From NCBI GenBank assembly GCA_964489365.1, contig CAZAYR010000003.1:1-48549 (forward strand): a DNA stretch of 48,549 nucleotides. The letters are read 5' to 3'. Origin of the DNA: an uncultured Salinarchaeum sp. GTDB lineage: Archaea > Halobacteriota > Halobacteria > Halobacteriales > SKNY01. The notes under the pieces are model-generated. The model was given only the letters and a program-made list of their open reading frames with translations. It had not been told where the DNA came from and ran no database searches. The first letter of the stretch is position 1, and each line of letters begins with the position of its first letter. Shown piece after piece: positions 37,642 to 47,127 of this stretch. The position numbers were made by a program, and so were the translations under genes.

Positions 37642-37678
37642 TCCCATCGCTTTTCGGCCACATCCACGAACCCGCTAT

Positions 37679-38083
37679 ATGGCCTACCACGTCGTCACGC
37701 CCGAAGACATCGAACCGAGCCCGGATCGACCGTCCCGGACCCACGACATTCGGGTCGCCCTCGAGCTTGACCAGCTCGGACTCCGGGTCTATCACGTCGA
37801 GCCCGGCGAGAACATCCCCTGGAGCGGGTTGCACTATCACGACACGCAGGAGGAGGCCTTCTTCGTCGTCGATGGAACTATTCACGTCGAGACCCCCGAC
37901 GAGGAGTTTCGGGTCGAGGAGGGCCAGCTATTCGTGGTCGAACCGGGGAATCCCCACCGGGCATACAATCCCGGGACTGCTCCCGGAACCGCCGAAGTCC
38001 TCGGCATCGGCGCACCCCCGGTCAACGACGGCCACGCCGTCGACGCGGATCACTCGGAGACGAACGGTTCCTCGTCGCGGTGA
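37679..38083 (+). CDS. cupin domain protein (134 aa)
   Basis: Cupin motifs GLHYHDTQEEAFFVVDG and GQLFVVEPGNPHRAYN. Start at ATG 37679 (MAYHVVTPEDI). The listed extension overlaps the previous gene. Confidence 0.8.
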   Translation: MAYHVVTPEDIEPSPDRPSRTHDIRVALELDQLGLRVYHVEPGENIPWSGLHYHDTQEEAFFVVDGTIHVETPDEEFRVEEGQLFVVEPGNPHRAYNPGTAPGTAEVLGIGAPPVNDGHAVDADHSETNGSSSR

Positions 38084-38289
38084 GCGTCGGGATTTTCGGC
38101 CTCGCGCGCCCGCGCTTCGCGCTCCTCGGACTCCCGGTCGACCTCCCCCTCGTTTGCCTCCTCGCGGGCCTCTCGTTCGGCCTCGCGACGCGCACGTTCG
38201 GTTTCCTCTTGGGTTTCGTCGTCCGGGCCTTCGGCCGTGTCCAGTGCCGTGTCTTCATCGATATCGATGCCGTGTTCGTCGTTGCCCAT
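38050..38289 (-). CDS. small highly acidic/charged protein (79 aa)
   Basis: GC3-rich haloarchaeal codon usage across the whole ORF. It lies 59 nt downstream of the Rieske gene on the same strand. Low-complexity E/R/D sequence; no family assigned. Confidence 0.4.
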   Translation of the reverse strand: MGNDEHGIDIDEDTALDTAEGPDDETQEETERARREAEREAREEANEGEVDRESEEREARAREAENPDAHRDEEPFVSE

Positions 38290-38348
38290 ATCGGCTCGAA
38301 GGGTTCCAATCGGAAGAGCGCCCGGCCGACATGTTTGGGGGCGGTCAT

Positions 38349-38711
38349 CTACTCGAGATAGATTGCGCCATCCTCTTCGGTCACTTCATAGGTCCGGAGT
38401 GATATTCGCGGATCGCCGACGTGATCGCCCGTCTCGAGCTCGTACTCCCACCCGTGCCATGGACAGGCGATGACCGGCTCGTCCGTGAAATCCTCCTCGA
38501 CACGCTCGCCCGGGCCCGGCCAGTCGCCATCGAGACGCCCCTGGACGAGGCCCTTGCAGACCGGCCCGCCGTCGTGGGCACACCGGTTCTGAATGGCGTA
38601 GAGCTCCCCTTCGTAGTTGAGCACGCCAACCTGCGTGCCGCCGACCTCGACGATCTTGCGATCGCCGGACGAAAGCTCGTCGGCGTCGGCCACGTACACG
38701 CGTTCGCTCAT
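38349..38711 (-). CDS. Rieske (2Fe-2S) domain protein
   Basis: Rieske ligand boxes CAHDGGP and CPWHGWEY. The start overlaps the amidohydrolase stop (ATGA). Confidence 0.85.
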   Translation of the reverse strand: MSERVYVADADELSSGDRKIVEVGGTQVGVLNYEGELYAIQNRCAHDGGPVCKGLVQGRLDGDWPGPGERVEEDFTDEPVIACPWHGWEYELETGDHVGDPRISLRTYEVTEEDGAIYLE

Positions 38712-39838
38712 ATCCCAAACACCTCTCGGGCGTTGCCGCCGAGAATCTGTGATTTCTCGGGCTCGGACAGGAAGGGGATATCCTCGATGACCGACGGTCG
38801 ATCGAAGTCCCAGTGTGGGAAATCGGAAGCATACATCAACTGCGACGCGCCGTCGATCACCTCCAGGGTCTTGCGGAAATACTCCTGATCCGGGGGTCGT
38901 TCCATTGGCTGGGTGCCGAAGTACATCTCCGTGATGTACTCGCTCGGGCGGCGTTCCAGCAACGGCGCTTCCGAGGGCCGTTTCATGTACTCCTCGTCCA
39001 GGCGGTACATGAGCATCGGCACGTACATGACGCCCGATTCCTGGAGCACGACGTCCAAGTCGGGGAACTTCTCCGGGATGCCTTGGACCACGATGCTCGT
39101 CAGCTGGGACATGTTCCCCTCGAGGAACCCCAGCGTGTGCGTCTCGATGAACTTCTCGTAGCCCTTGAGGTGATACCGATCCAGGCCGGACCCCCCGGTG
39201 TGGAAGATGACCGGTAAGTCCGCTTCCTCGGCAGCCGCGTAGATCGGCTCGTACTTCCGATTGCCGAGCGGCGGTTCGGCCCCCGCCGTCACGAGACAGA
39301 TGGCACAGACCCCACGTTCGTCCTTGTAGTCGTCGATGAGCTCGACGGCCGCCTCGGGGGCACGGAGCGGCATCGGAATGGCGGTGTGGACCCCCTCGGC
39401 CGGATCGATGATGTCGCCCAGCATGTACTCCATCGAGCCCCGAGCGAGTTCGATCTGGCGCGTGTCGGCGCCCTTGATTGCCGGAAACGCGAGCATCGAA
39501 TGGGAGAGCAGAATCATCGCATCGAGGTCCAGAAACGACATCATCTGGGGGACGTCCTGCGCAGTCATCGACTCGTCATCGGCATCATAGTGGGCGTGAT
39601 AGCCGGTCGGGGCGTGGCCACGCGGGCCCGATTCCTCGAACTCCTCCTGGGTCATGGACTTCCGCTGGATCCGTCCCCCGACGCCCCGGTCACCACTGCC
39701 GCCGGGGACGAAGAACGAGGTCGAAAATCCCTCCCCGTTCCGGAGGTTCGAACGCCACGGCTCGTCGAAATACGGGAGCATGTCATCGAGGGACTCCGTG
39801 AAGTGTGCGTCGACGTCGATGATCGTCCGGTCCATCAC
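38708..39838 (-). CDS. amidohydrolase-2 (ACMSD/metal-dependent hydrolase) family protein
   Basis: N-terminal IIDVDAHF metal-binding motif, FHTGG, and DFPHWD near the C-terminus. 376 aa. Confidence 0.8.
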   Translation of the reverse strand: MMDRTIIDVDAHFTESLDDMLPYFDEPWRSNLRNGEGFSTSFFVPGGSGDRGVGGRIQRKSMTQEEFEESGPRGHAPTGYHAHYDADDESMTAQDVPQMMSFLDLDAMILLSHSMLAFPAIKGADTRQIELARGSMEYMLGDIIDPAEGVHTAIPMPLRAPEAAVELIDDYKDERGVCAICLVTAGAEPPLGNRKYEPIYAAAEEADLPVIFHTGGSGLDRYHLKGYEKFIETHTLGFLEGNMSQLTSIVVQGIPEKFPDLDVVLQESGVMYVPMLMYRLDEEYMKRPSEAPLLERRPSEYITEMYFGTQPMERPPDQEYFRKTLEVIDGASQLMYASDFPHWDFDRPSVIEDIPFLSEPEKSQILGGNAREVFGI

Positions 39839-40426
39839 TCGAGATTTCGTGGGCGGCCGTTAAGCGTTCGGGGTGACTATTGCGGTTCCCCCATCCTACG
39901 CATTCTCCGATGCCGATCGTTCAGGGTGATTCGGGCCGGAAGCCGATCCTCTTCGTCCCGTTGGTCGCCAACGCCGATCTCCTGGGGTTGCTCCTTCTGC
40001 CGCCGGCCGACAATGGCCGTGGCGTCCGACGGGTCGGCGGCGTGGCGAGCGTATTGGCGATGGACCTCGTCCTCGATCCAGCTGCCGTCGGGCTGGGCTT
40101 CTGGATGTGCGACGCCGGCGGGTGGTTCCTCGGTGTAGCCCTGACGAACGTCAGGAGGCAGAACATCCCCGCCTCGGTCGCCCGCGTGGATCTCGAATGG
40201 GCGTTCGACCAGGAGGTCCGCCGGAACCTCGAGGCGTGCAACTACCCTCGACGATCTGGTGCGCTTCGCGATCCTCTCGGGGTCGTCAACGCCGGCCTCG
40301 GCCAATCCCGGCCGGCATCGCCGCCTGCTCGCCTTTCGGCGGCATCGGGCCAGCCCCTCCCGGAGGAAGGCGGCGAGGAGCGGGCGGGTTAGCAACGTGT
40401 ATGGCGCGAGCGTCGGATCGCCCGCC

Positions 40427-41557
40427 ATGGACGTGTATCACTTCCATCTGCTCCCGTGGACGGGAATCGAGGACGACGCGCATGCGGTCTGGCCGTTCGA
40501 ACGCGCGAACTACGACCGGGAGCGGTGCGCTGAGCTCTATGAGGAATACCTCTCGATGTTGGAACTGAGCGAGCAACTCGGATTGGACGGCGTGGCGTTT
40601 AACGAACACCACTTTTCGGCGTACGCCATGGACCCCGCGCCCAACCTCTTTGCCGCACAGATGGCCGCACGGACCTCCGAGATCGACATCGCGTTCATGG
40701 GCAACGTGATTCCGATCCGCGGCAACCCGGTCCGTCTCGCCGAGGAACTTGCCGTGCTCGATACCATGTCCCGCGGTCGGATCGTGAGCGGGTTCGCCCG
40801 GGGGATCCCCATCGAGTATCTCGCCTACGGGATCGACCGGGAGGAATCGCGTGCCCGCTTTGCGGAGGCCTGGGAACTCATCGTCGCGGCCTGGACCGCC
40901 GAGGAACCCTTCGACTGGGACGGGGAGTTCTGGCAGTACGAGGACGTCTATATCTGGCCGAAGCCCTACCAGCAACCCCACCCGCCGTTGTTGATGCCGG
41001 CGGGCAGCGAGGAATCCCTCGAGTTCGCCGCCGAAAAGCAGGTGCCGATCGGGCAGTCCGCCGGTCCGGAGGAGGCGCGCGAGATCTTTGACACCTACCG
41101 ACGGGTAGCCGTCGACGAGCACGGGTGGACGCCGCGTGACGAACATTTCGTGATGGCCAAGGGCATCTACGTCGGCGAATCGACCGAACAGGCCCGGGAA
41201 GAGATCCGCGAGCATCTCGATTACCGCTGGCGCACGCTCTTCGCCGGGGTCCATCGGGGCGCAGCAGCCAGACGGGCCGGCGACGAACACGACGATCCGG
41301 CCAAGCACAAGGACCTGTTGCCGCCGACCGGGCAGGAAGCGACGGAGTTCGACCTCGAAGTATTCATCGACGCGGGCAAGATCATCGCCGGGGACCCCGA
41401 ACACGTAAGCTCGGAGCTCATCGCACAGTACGAGGCGGTCGGCGGATTCGGACGCCTCTTCGGCGGGTTCCAATTCGGGACGCTGCCACCGGAAAAGACC
41501 GAGGCGAGCCTTCGTTTGTTCGCCAATGAAGTGCTTCCCGAGCTCCGAGATCTGTGA
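40427..41557 (+). CDS. LLM-class (luciferase-like) flavin-dependent oxidoreductase
   Basis: Contains GLDGVAFNEHHFSAY, NPVRLAEELAVLDTMSRGRIVSGFARG and ESLEFAAEKQ. Start set at ATG 40427 (MDVYHFHLLPW). Confidence 0.82.
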   Translation: MDVYHFHLLPWTGIEDDAHAVWPFERANYDRERCAELYEEYLSMLELSEQLGLDGVAFNEHHFSAYAMDPAPNLFAAQMAARTSEIDIAFMGNVIPIRGNPVRLAEELAVLDTMSRGRIVSGFARGIPIEYLAYGIDREESRARFAEAWELIVAAWTAEEPFDWDGEFWQYEDVYIWPKPYQQPHPPLLMPAGSEESLEFAAEKQVPIGQSAGPEEAREIFDTYRRVAVDEHGWTPRDEHFVMAKGIYVGESTEQAREEIREHLDYRWRTLFAGVHRGAAARRAGDEHDDPAKHKDLLPPTGQEATEFDLEVFIDAGKIIAGDPEHVSSELIAQYEAVGGFGRLFGGFQFGTLPPEKTEASLRLFANEVLPELRDL

Positions 41558-41935
41558 GCCAAAGAGGCGCCACGAACCGCAGGGCACGACTTCATGTCGA
41601 GTCACTCCCGTACGACACCGATGACGGGCCAGTCCGTCGGAGCTCACAACCCGAAATCCGCCTGGGAGAAGGCACTCCCTAGCACTCCGAGACGGCCGTT
41701 CCGGACCAGGAGCGACCGCCGGGGCGATGCAGTCGGTCCGCCGGACGTTTGGGCCGCCAGGGCCTTCCTCAATCAGTCTCTACTGGCGGAGTGGGTCCGG
41801 ATCACGGCCACACCGTTCCCGTGGCCTGAGTATCGCCCGCGCCGAATTCCTCGCGGCCGGTGAGGCTCGGTTCGTCCGAAGGTTCAGGCGTTTAACGCAT
41901 TCATACCAATACGGATTTTCAGCCATGCGGACCAT

Positions 41936-43711
41936 ATGCCGGGGATCTACGGGAGCCGAGGTGACGCCGATCCGTCACGATTGGAGGAGACGGTATGTGC
42001 GGGTTCCCGTCACGCTTCAGTGACGGTGTCCGATGACCCGGTCCTCGGGATGGTGCATCACGGACGGACGGATCCAGGCGGGTGGCAGCTGATCGAAGGC
42101 TCCGGTGTGGTCGGGGTCGTCTATGGCTGTGTCACCAACCACGACCTGCACCCGGCGACCGTGCGTGACCTGATCCGGCGACCGCTCGACGGGCTGCCCC
42201 ACCTCGACGGTCCATTCGCGCTGGCCGGATACGATCGAGATCGCGATGAACTACTCCTCGCCACGGACAAACTCGGTACACGCTCCCTTTACTACACCCC
42301 AACGCGCCCGGTCACCTTCGGGTCGGAGCTGTCGACCCCCATCGCGCAGCGCCGATCCGCGCATCTCGATGCCGCCAGTGTTGGCGACATGTTGCTGATG
42401 AGCAAGGTCTGGGGCGAGAAAACCCTCGTCGAGGAGGTCAAGCGGCTCCGCCCCGGCTCCTTCCTGAAACTCGGCGACGACGGAGTCAACCAGCAACGGT
42501 ACTGGACGTTCGCCTTCGGCGAAGCGTCGCCCGAGGGGTATGCGGATGCCCTCGCGGATCGCTACCGTGATGCGCTCGATGACGTGCTCCGGACGGTCGG
42601 CGCGCCACCCAGGGTTTGGCTCTCGGGTGGCCTCGACAGTCGCATCCTTGCGGGCGCGATGCGATCGGTCGGACGGGACTTTCACGCGGTCACGTATCGG
42701 CGGCCCACCGAGCATTCCCGCGACCCGCTTTGGGATGACGTGACGGTTGCCCGAAAGGTCGTCGAACGACTCGGTGGCGAGCACGACGTCGTGACGCACG
42801 ATCCCAGTACGTTGGCCGACCGGCTCGACACCTTCGTCCGCCTCACGGACGGCCACGTGGCCTGGCCGTCCCTCTCCAATCTCGGGTCGGTGTTCGATCT
42901 CGATCTCCATGGCTCCGAGGTCATGCTCGAGGGGCCGGTTCCCCTTCTCACGGGCGAGAAGGTCGAGTATCCATGCCTCCAAGCCGAACGACCGGCCGAG
43001 GAGACGCTCGTGGAGCTTCACGCGTATCGCGAACCCGAGGTCGCCGCCTCGTTCCTGGCCGCCGATCGCAATCCCGTCGACACGTTTCGACGGGAGGTGC
43101 AGGAAGCCGGGTATTCGCGTCCGGATCGTCAAGTCCTCGCGGTGACCAACGATAACTACTACTCCGCCGGCCATTTCGTCGCGAACAAGATCGCCCGGGC
43201 CCGGGTCGGGACTCGTGAAACGCTGGTGGACGCGGAACTGTTGCAGCTGTTGGCCCGCATGCCGCCCGACATGCGTCGCCGCCGGCTCCCCTTTTCGTCC
43301 GTCCCACACGTGCCGTCACGGCTCAAACTCCACCTCGCGCGGGAGTTCGGCCGCGGGGTCCGCACGATTCCGTACTCGATGACGAAGCTCCCGCCGATCC
43401 TGCCGTATCATCTCCACGGCCTTGCCTTCCCGGTGGTGTGTGCACTGCGACGGGTCACCTCCGACCGGTCCCTCTCGGAATGGGTTCGATCCCACCCGGC
43501 GCTGCGGGACAAAATCGGGTCGTTGGTCGAGGACGCCGGTCGAAACCCGATCTTCGACAAGCGGAGGGTCGAGGAGGTCTGGCAGGCCCACCTCGCCGGG
43601 GAGGCCGATCGGCTCGGATTGATCGGCGCGATCACTACCGTCGAACGCTTCCGGCAACAGTACCTCGAGTCCAGGACAGGCGTCGAACAGGTAGCGCGAC
43701 TCGGGGCATGA
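41936..43711 (+). CDS. asparagine synthase (AsnB)-like amidotransferase homologue lacking the N-terminal Cys nucleophile
   Basis: PP-loop VWLSGGLDSR. The Ntn-domain remnants (DGPFALAGYDRDRDELLLATDKLGTRSLYY) match AsnB. The N-terminus reads MPGIYG where AsnB has MCGI. Confidence 0.8.
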   Translation: MPGIYGSRGDADPSRLEETVCAGSRHASVTVSDDPVLGMVHHGRTDPGGWQLIEGSGVVGVVYGCVTNHDLHPATVRDLIRRPLDGLPHLDGPFALAGYDRDRDELLLATDKLGTRSLYYTPTRPVTFGSELSTPIAQRRSAHLDAASVGDMLLMSKVWGEKTLVEEVKRLRPGSFLKLGDDGVNQQRYWTFAFGEASPEGYADALADRYRDALDDVLRTVGAPPRVWLSGGLDSRILAGAMRSVGRDFHAVTYRRPTEHSRDPLWDDVTVARKVVERLGGEHDVVTHDPSTLADRLDTFVRLTDGHVAWPSLSNLGSVFDLDLHGSEVMLEGPVPLLTGEKVEYPCLQAERPAEETLVELHAYREPEVAASFLAADRNPVDTFRREVQEAGYSRPDRQVLAVTNDNYYSAGHFVANKIARARVGTRETLVDAELLQLLARMPPDMRRRRLPFSSVPHVPSRLKLHLAREFGRGVRTIPYSMTKLPPILPYHLHGLAFPVVCALRRVTSDRSLSEWVRSHPALRDKIGSLVEDAGRNPIFDKRRVEEVWQAHLAGEADRLGLIGAITTVERFRQQYLESRTGVEQVARLGA

Positions 43712-43748
43712 TGCGGGATCTCGTGCCGATCCAGGGGGTCGACGTGAC

Positions 43749-44693
43749 ATGACGCTCGTCTCCGTCATCGTCCCCACTTACGATCGCCCCGACTTCCTCC
43801 GGACTGCCGTGGGCAGTGTGGCCGCCCAAACGCATCGACCGATCGAACTCATCGTCGTCGACGATCAAGCCCCGGAACCCGTTCGGACCGTGCCGGGCGA
43901 CGTCGCGGACGCCTTTACAAATACGCAGGTGATCCGCCATGCGACGAACCAAGGAGCGGCCGCCGCGCGAAATACCGGGCTGGAAGCGGCCGACGGCGAG
44001 ATCGTTGCGTTTCTCGACGATGACGACCGCTGGACGCCCGAGGTCGCGAAGCGATACGTCGCGGCGTTCCGGGATGCCCCGGAGTCCGTAGGCCTCGTCA
44101 CCGTCGGCGCTCGCAACGTCGACGCCGAGGGCCGGACGATCGGGACGGTCGAGCCGCGACTCCAAGGGGATGCGCTCAGGAGTGTCGCCAAGGGTGCCCG
44201 GATCGGTTCGTTTTCACGGTTCGCGGTGACCCCGGAGGCCGTGCGGGCGGCTGGTACGATCGACGAGGAACTTCCGGTCTGGCAGGACCTCGAATGGCAT
44301 TGCCGGCTCGCCGCACACTGCGAGTTCAGGGCGATTGCCGAACGTCTGGTGGAACGGCGAATCGGTGGCCACGAGCAGCTGACCGATCGCTATGTGGCCC
44401 GGCGGGACGCGGCCTACCCGCGCATCCGGGACCGGCACCGACCGGTGATGGCCGAGCGCAGTCGCTGGCTCGCCCGACAGTTCATGGGACGGCTGGCGCG
44501 GGGCCTCGGGTTTTCGGCCTTGACGAGCGAGCGGTACGGTGAGGCCTCGTGCTGGTTCGCCCGGGCAGTCCGGTCCGATCCGACGGGATGGAGGAGCTAC
44601 GGATACCTGGTACTGACCCTCGCCGGACCGGCAATGTTCCCCGCCGTCAGGCGATGTTACCGCGAGCTACAGCGAGTGACGAATACCTGGTAG
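43749..44693 (+). CDS. glycosyltransferase family 2
   Basis: Contains VSVIVPTYDRPDFLRTAVGSVAAQT, LIVVDD, NQGAAAARNTGL and a FLDDDD (DxD) motif. Confidence 0.85.
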   Translation: MTLVSVIVPTYDRPDFLRTAVGSVAAQTHRPIELIVVDDQAPEPVRTVPGDVADAFTNTQVIRHATNQGAAAARNTGLEAADGEIVAFLDDDDRWTPEVAKRYVAAFRDAPESVGLVTVGARNVDAEGRTIGTVEPRLQGDALRSVAKGARIGSFSRFAVTPEAVRAAGTIDEELPVWQDLEWHCRLAAHCEFRAIAERLVERRIGGHEQLTDRYVARRDAAYPRIRDRHRPVMAERSRWLARQFMGRLARGLGFSALTSERYGEASCWFARAVRSDPTGWRSYGYLVLTLAGPAMFPAVRRCYRELQRVTNTW

Positions 44694-44845
44694 GGGTGTT
44701 CAGGGTTTTCAGTGAAGTGAATCGATGCGGTGTCATCGGTGGTCTCGAACCGACGGCTGCTCGAATGGTTCATCGATCGGCCGGCCGTTACCCCCGCTTT
44801 CGCAAATGCGATCGCCGCGATGGAGCTCCGCGTTCGAGGCGCAGC

Positions 44846-45394
44846 TCAGGAGTTCGCTTCCGACTGCCGATCGCTATCCGGAGACCCTGCGAACCGCCGG
44901 ACGAGCATCGAGGCGATCGGATCGACGTTGTCGAAGAGCCGATAGGCGATAATCACGGTCGGGATGAGGGCGAGGATCAGGAACAGTAGGTCGTAGGTCC
45001 AGACGAGACCCGCCTCCCCGAGCGTCGGTACCAGAAGTTGGGCAAGCCCACGATGTGCCGTAATCACTGCGAGGAACAACACGAGCTGCTTGACGAGCGA
45101 GGCGATCCCCTCGGAGACCCCCGTCGGTCCCGTGATTGCTCTGGCCAGCAGCGGTTCAAGCCGCATCGCCACATGGACCAACACGCCGACAATCGCGAGC
45201 GTCAGCACGGCACCCAACACGGCGCCGTAGGTGACCGCCGGCCAGGGCATCATCGCATCGATCCCCGGTAAGTTCGACACGAGCGCCCACAGTAGGAACA
45301 GGCCAGCGACGACCACCACCAATTTCGCGACTGGTTTGACGGTCCGTTCGTCGAGACGGTCCGGATCGATCAGCCGATCGCTGTTGTTCTGCAT
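44846..45394 (-). CDS. hypothetical membrane protein (182 aa, about 4 TM)
   Basis: Coherent ORF with four hydrophobic spans. No family recognised. Confidence 0.55.
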   Translation of the reverse strand: MQNNSDRLIDPDRLDERTVKPVAKLVVVVAGLFLLWALVSNLPGIDAMMPWPAVTYGAVLGAVLTLAIVGVLVHVAMRLEPLLARAITGPTGVSEGIASLVKQLVLFLAVITAHRGLAQLLVPTLGEAGLVWTYDLLFLILALIPTVIIAYRLFDNVDPIASMLVRRFAGSPDSDRQSEANS

Positions 45395-45569
45395 GGCAAT
45401 CCAACCTCCTCGATTCGTGACGATAAAGCGTCAACTCCATACAGGCGGATTAACGCGGTTTTCACCCGTTTTGGGCCGTGCCGACCCTGCTGATCATCCG
45501 GACCCGAGGAGCGGACAGGGCACGACGGGACGAAACGGCACATGCTCGCGTCGTCAGTCTCGCCCGGCG

Positions 45570-46337
45570 TTACGTCGTTGCTCGCAACGAGATACTCTTG
45601 ACCCCGTACTTCTCGCAGGCGTTCGCCGCTTGCTCCGAGATGAACTCGTATTGAGGATTTTCCCTGACATCCGTGACCGTAAAGTCCGCGGCCTCGATAG
45701 TCGACTTGTAGCGGTCGATCTGGGCGGCCCCACCGATACAGGCCGCCCAGAGATCCTCGTCGTTTTTGATGCTTTCCGGCATCGTCTCCTCGCTGATGAT
45801 ATCTGAGAGCGCCAGCCGGCCGCCCGTGGCCAGGACTCGATGCGCCTCCTCGAAGACTCGCGATTTGTCCGGCGATAAGTTGATGACGCCGTTCGAGATG
45901 ACGGCGTCGAACGTTCCGTCCTCGAAGGGAATGTCCTCGATGTAGCCACGCTCGAAGGAAACGTGCTCCATGCCCGCGGCGTCCCGCAACGAACGTGCCT
46001 TCTCGAGTTGTTGGTCCGTGATGTCGAGGCCGGTCACGCTTCCAGTCTCCCCCGTGTGAACGGCTGCGACGAACACGTCCGTGCCCGAACCGCTTCCCAG
46101 GTCCAGCACGGCGTCCCCCTCCTCGATATTTGCGAGATCGAAATAGTATCCAACGCCCGCGAACGATTCCAGGGACGCCGCAGGAACGTGATCGAGATGT
46201 TCCGATGGGTACCCGAGGCGTTCCGCTAGCCCTCGACCCATCTCGAAGTGATACTCCTCATCGGGATCCTCCGCGACGTCCTTGTAGACGGACTTTACCG
46301 CGCGTTCGAGTTTGTCGACGTCGAGTGAGTTTGCCAT
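45570..46337 (-). CDS. arsM: SAM-dependent methyltransferase, arsenite methyltransferase (ArsM)-like
   Basis: Contains YHFEMGRGLAERLGYP, SAM motif I VLDLGSGSGTD, FDAVISNGVINLSPDK and WAACIGGA. Start at MANSLDV (CAT 46335-46337). The listed 474-aa ORF extends out-of-frame across the OsmC gene. Confidence 0.8.
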   Translation of the reverse strand: MANSLDVDKLERAVKSVYKDVAEDPDEEYHFEMGRGLAERLGYPSEHLDHVPAASLESFAGVGYYFDLANIEEGDAVLDLGSGSGTDVFVAAVHTGETGSVTGLDITDQQLEKARSLRDAAGMEHVSFERGYIEDIPFEDGTFDAVISNGVINLSPDKSRVFEEAHRVLATGGRLALSDIISEETMPESIKNDEDLWAACIGGAAQIDRYKSTIEAADFTVTDVRENPQYEFISEQAANACEKYGVKSISLRATT

Positions 46338-46348
46338 TGTTGGTCTCC

Positions 46349-46954
46349 TTAGTCGTCCGCCTCCACCTCGGCCGGGGTATGGATGGAGAGGTTGACGTCC
46401 TGTTCGAGCGACACGAGGGTATACACGGGAGCTCGTCGCGCCCATTCGTCGATCTCGTCCTTGTCGAGGTCCGGGCTCTCGATCGTCACGTCCGCGGTCA
46501 GGTTTCGGAACACCCGGTCGGCGTTGCCGAGGTCCTCCAGGCCGAAGAGGACCCCGGGGTCGAAATCCGTGCGCACGCAGGTTTCGAGACGCCCGATCTC
46601 GACCCCCTGTGCGACGGCATTGATGGTGATGCCGACGTTGATACAGGAGGCCAGTGCGGAGAGGGCGACCTCGATCGGCTCCAACCGATCGGTCGCACCG
46701 ACCCAGCCGGCCGCGTCCAGCACTTCCTTCCAGCCCCCGTATGGGATCCGGTACTCGCGAGTCTCTCGGTCGATCGTCTCGCCGCCGAGAACGTACGAAT
46801 CGATCGTCGCCAGGCTGTGGGCCGCGGTGCCCTCGTACGTGGATTGCGCGCTCAGGCCGAGTTGCACTTCTTCGGGATGCTCGGCGGCATGGTCCGCGAA
46901 ATTCGCCAGTTGCTCGGCGTCGACGCCCTGGTTGATCGGCGATTCCGAGGCCAT
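46349..46954 (-). CDS. OsmC/Ohr-family peroxiredoxin-like protein
   Basis: OsmC-type core (PIEVALSALASCINVGITINA ... VYTLV) and a length of 201 aa. Confidence 0.75.
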   Translation of the reverse strand: MASESPINQGVDAEQLANFADHAAEHPEEVQLGLSAQSTYEGTAAHSLATIDSYVLGGETIDRETREYRIPYGGWKEVLDAAGWVGATDRLEPIEVALSALASCINVGITINAVAQGVEIGRLETCVRTDFDPGVLFGLEDLGNADRVFRNLTADVTIESPDLDKDEIDEWARRAPVYTLVSLEQDVNLSIHTPAEVEADD

Positions 46955-46956
46955 GA

Positions 46957-47127
46957 TCAGACCACCTGCCGGGAGTGATCCCGGATCTCCTCACCAGAGT
47001 CGTCCGGCCCGTTCGCGGGTGCGTTGGCGTTGACCAGTTCGATCGCTTCGGTTTCGTTCTCCGACTGGATGGTGAAGCGGCAGTCGACCGCCTCCGATTC
47101 GCAGTCGGGTTTGTGTGCGTCAGCCAT
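46957..47127 (-). CDS. small metal-binding-type protein, DUF1059-like (56 aa; below ORF-track cutoff)
   Basis: My own translation: MADAHKPDCESEAVDCRFTIQSENETEAIELVNANAPANGPDDSGEEIRDHSRQVV. The stop TGA (46957-46959) lies 2 nt before the OsmC ATG. The C..C.F.I..E.E.E pattern resembles DUF1059. Confidence 0.5.
   Translation of the reverse strand: MADAHKPDCESEAVDCRFTIQSENETEAIELVNANAPANGPDDSGEEIRDHSRQVV

Noticed and set aside
43481-43494. tRNA T-arm-like string TGGGTTCGATCCCA
   Set aside because: It lies in-frame inside the AsnB-like CDS (SEWVRSHPAL). There is no acceptor, D or anticodon arm around it, so it is a chance match.
45570-46994. 474-aa ORF for the methyltransferase
   Set aside because: The N-terminal 219 codons are an out-of-frame read through the OsmC-like gene. 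The methyltransferase homology starts at MANSLDV (46337).
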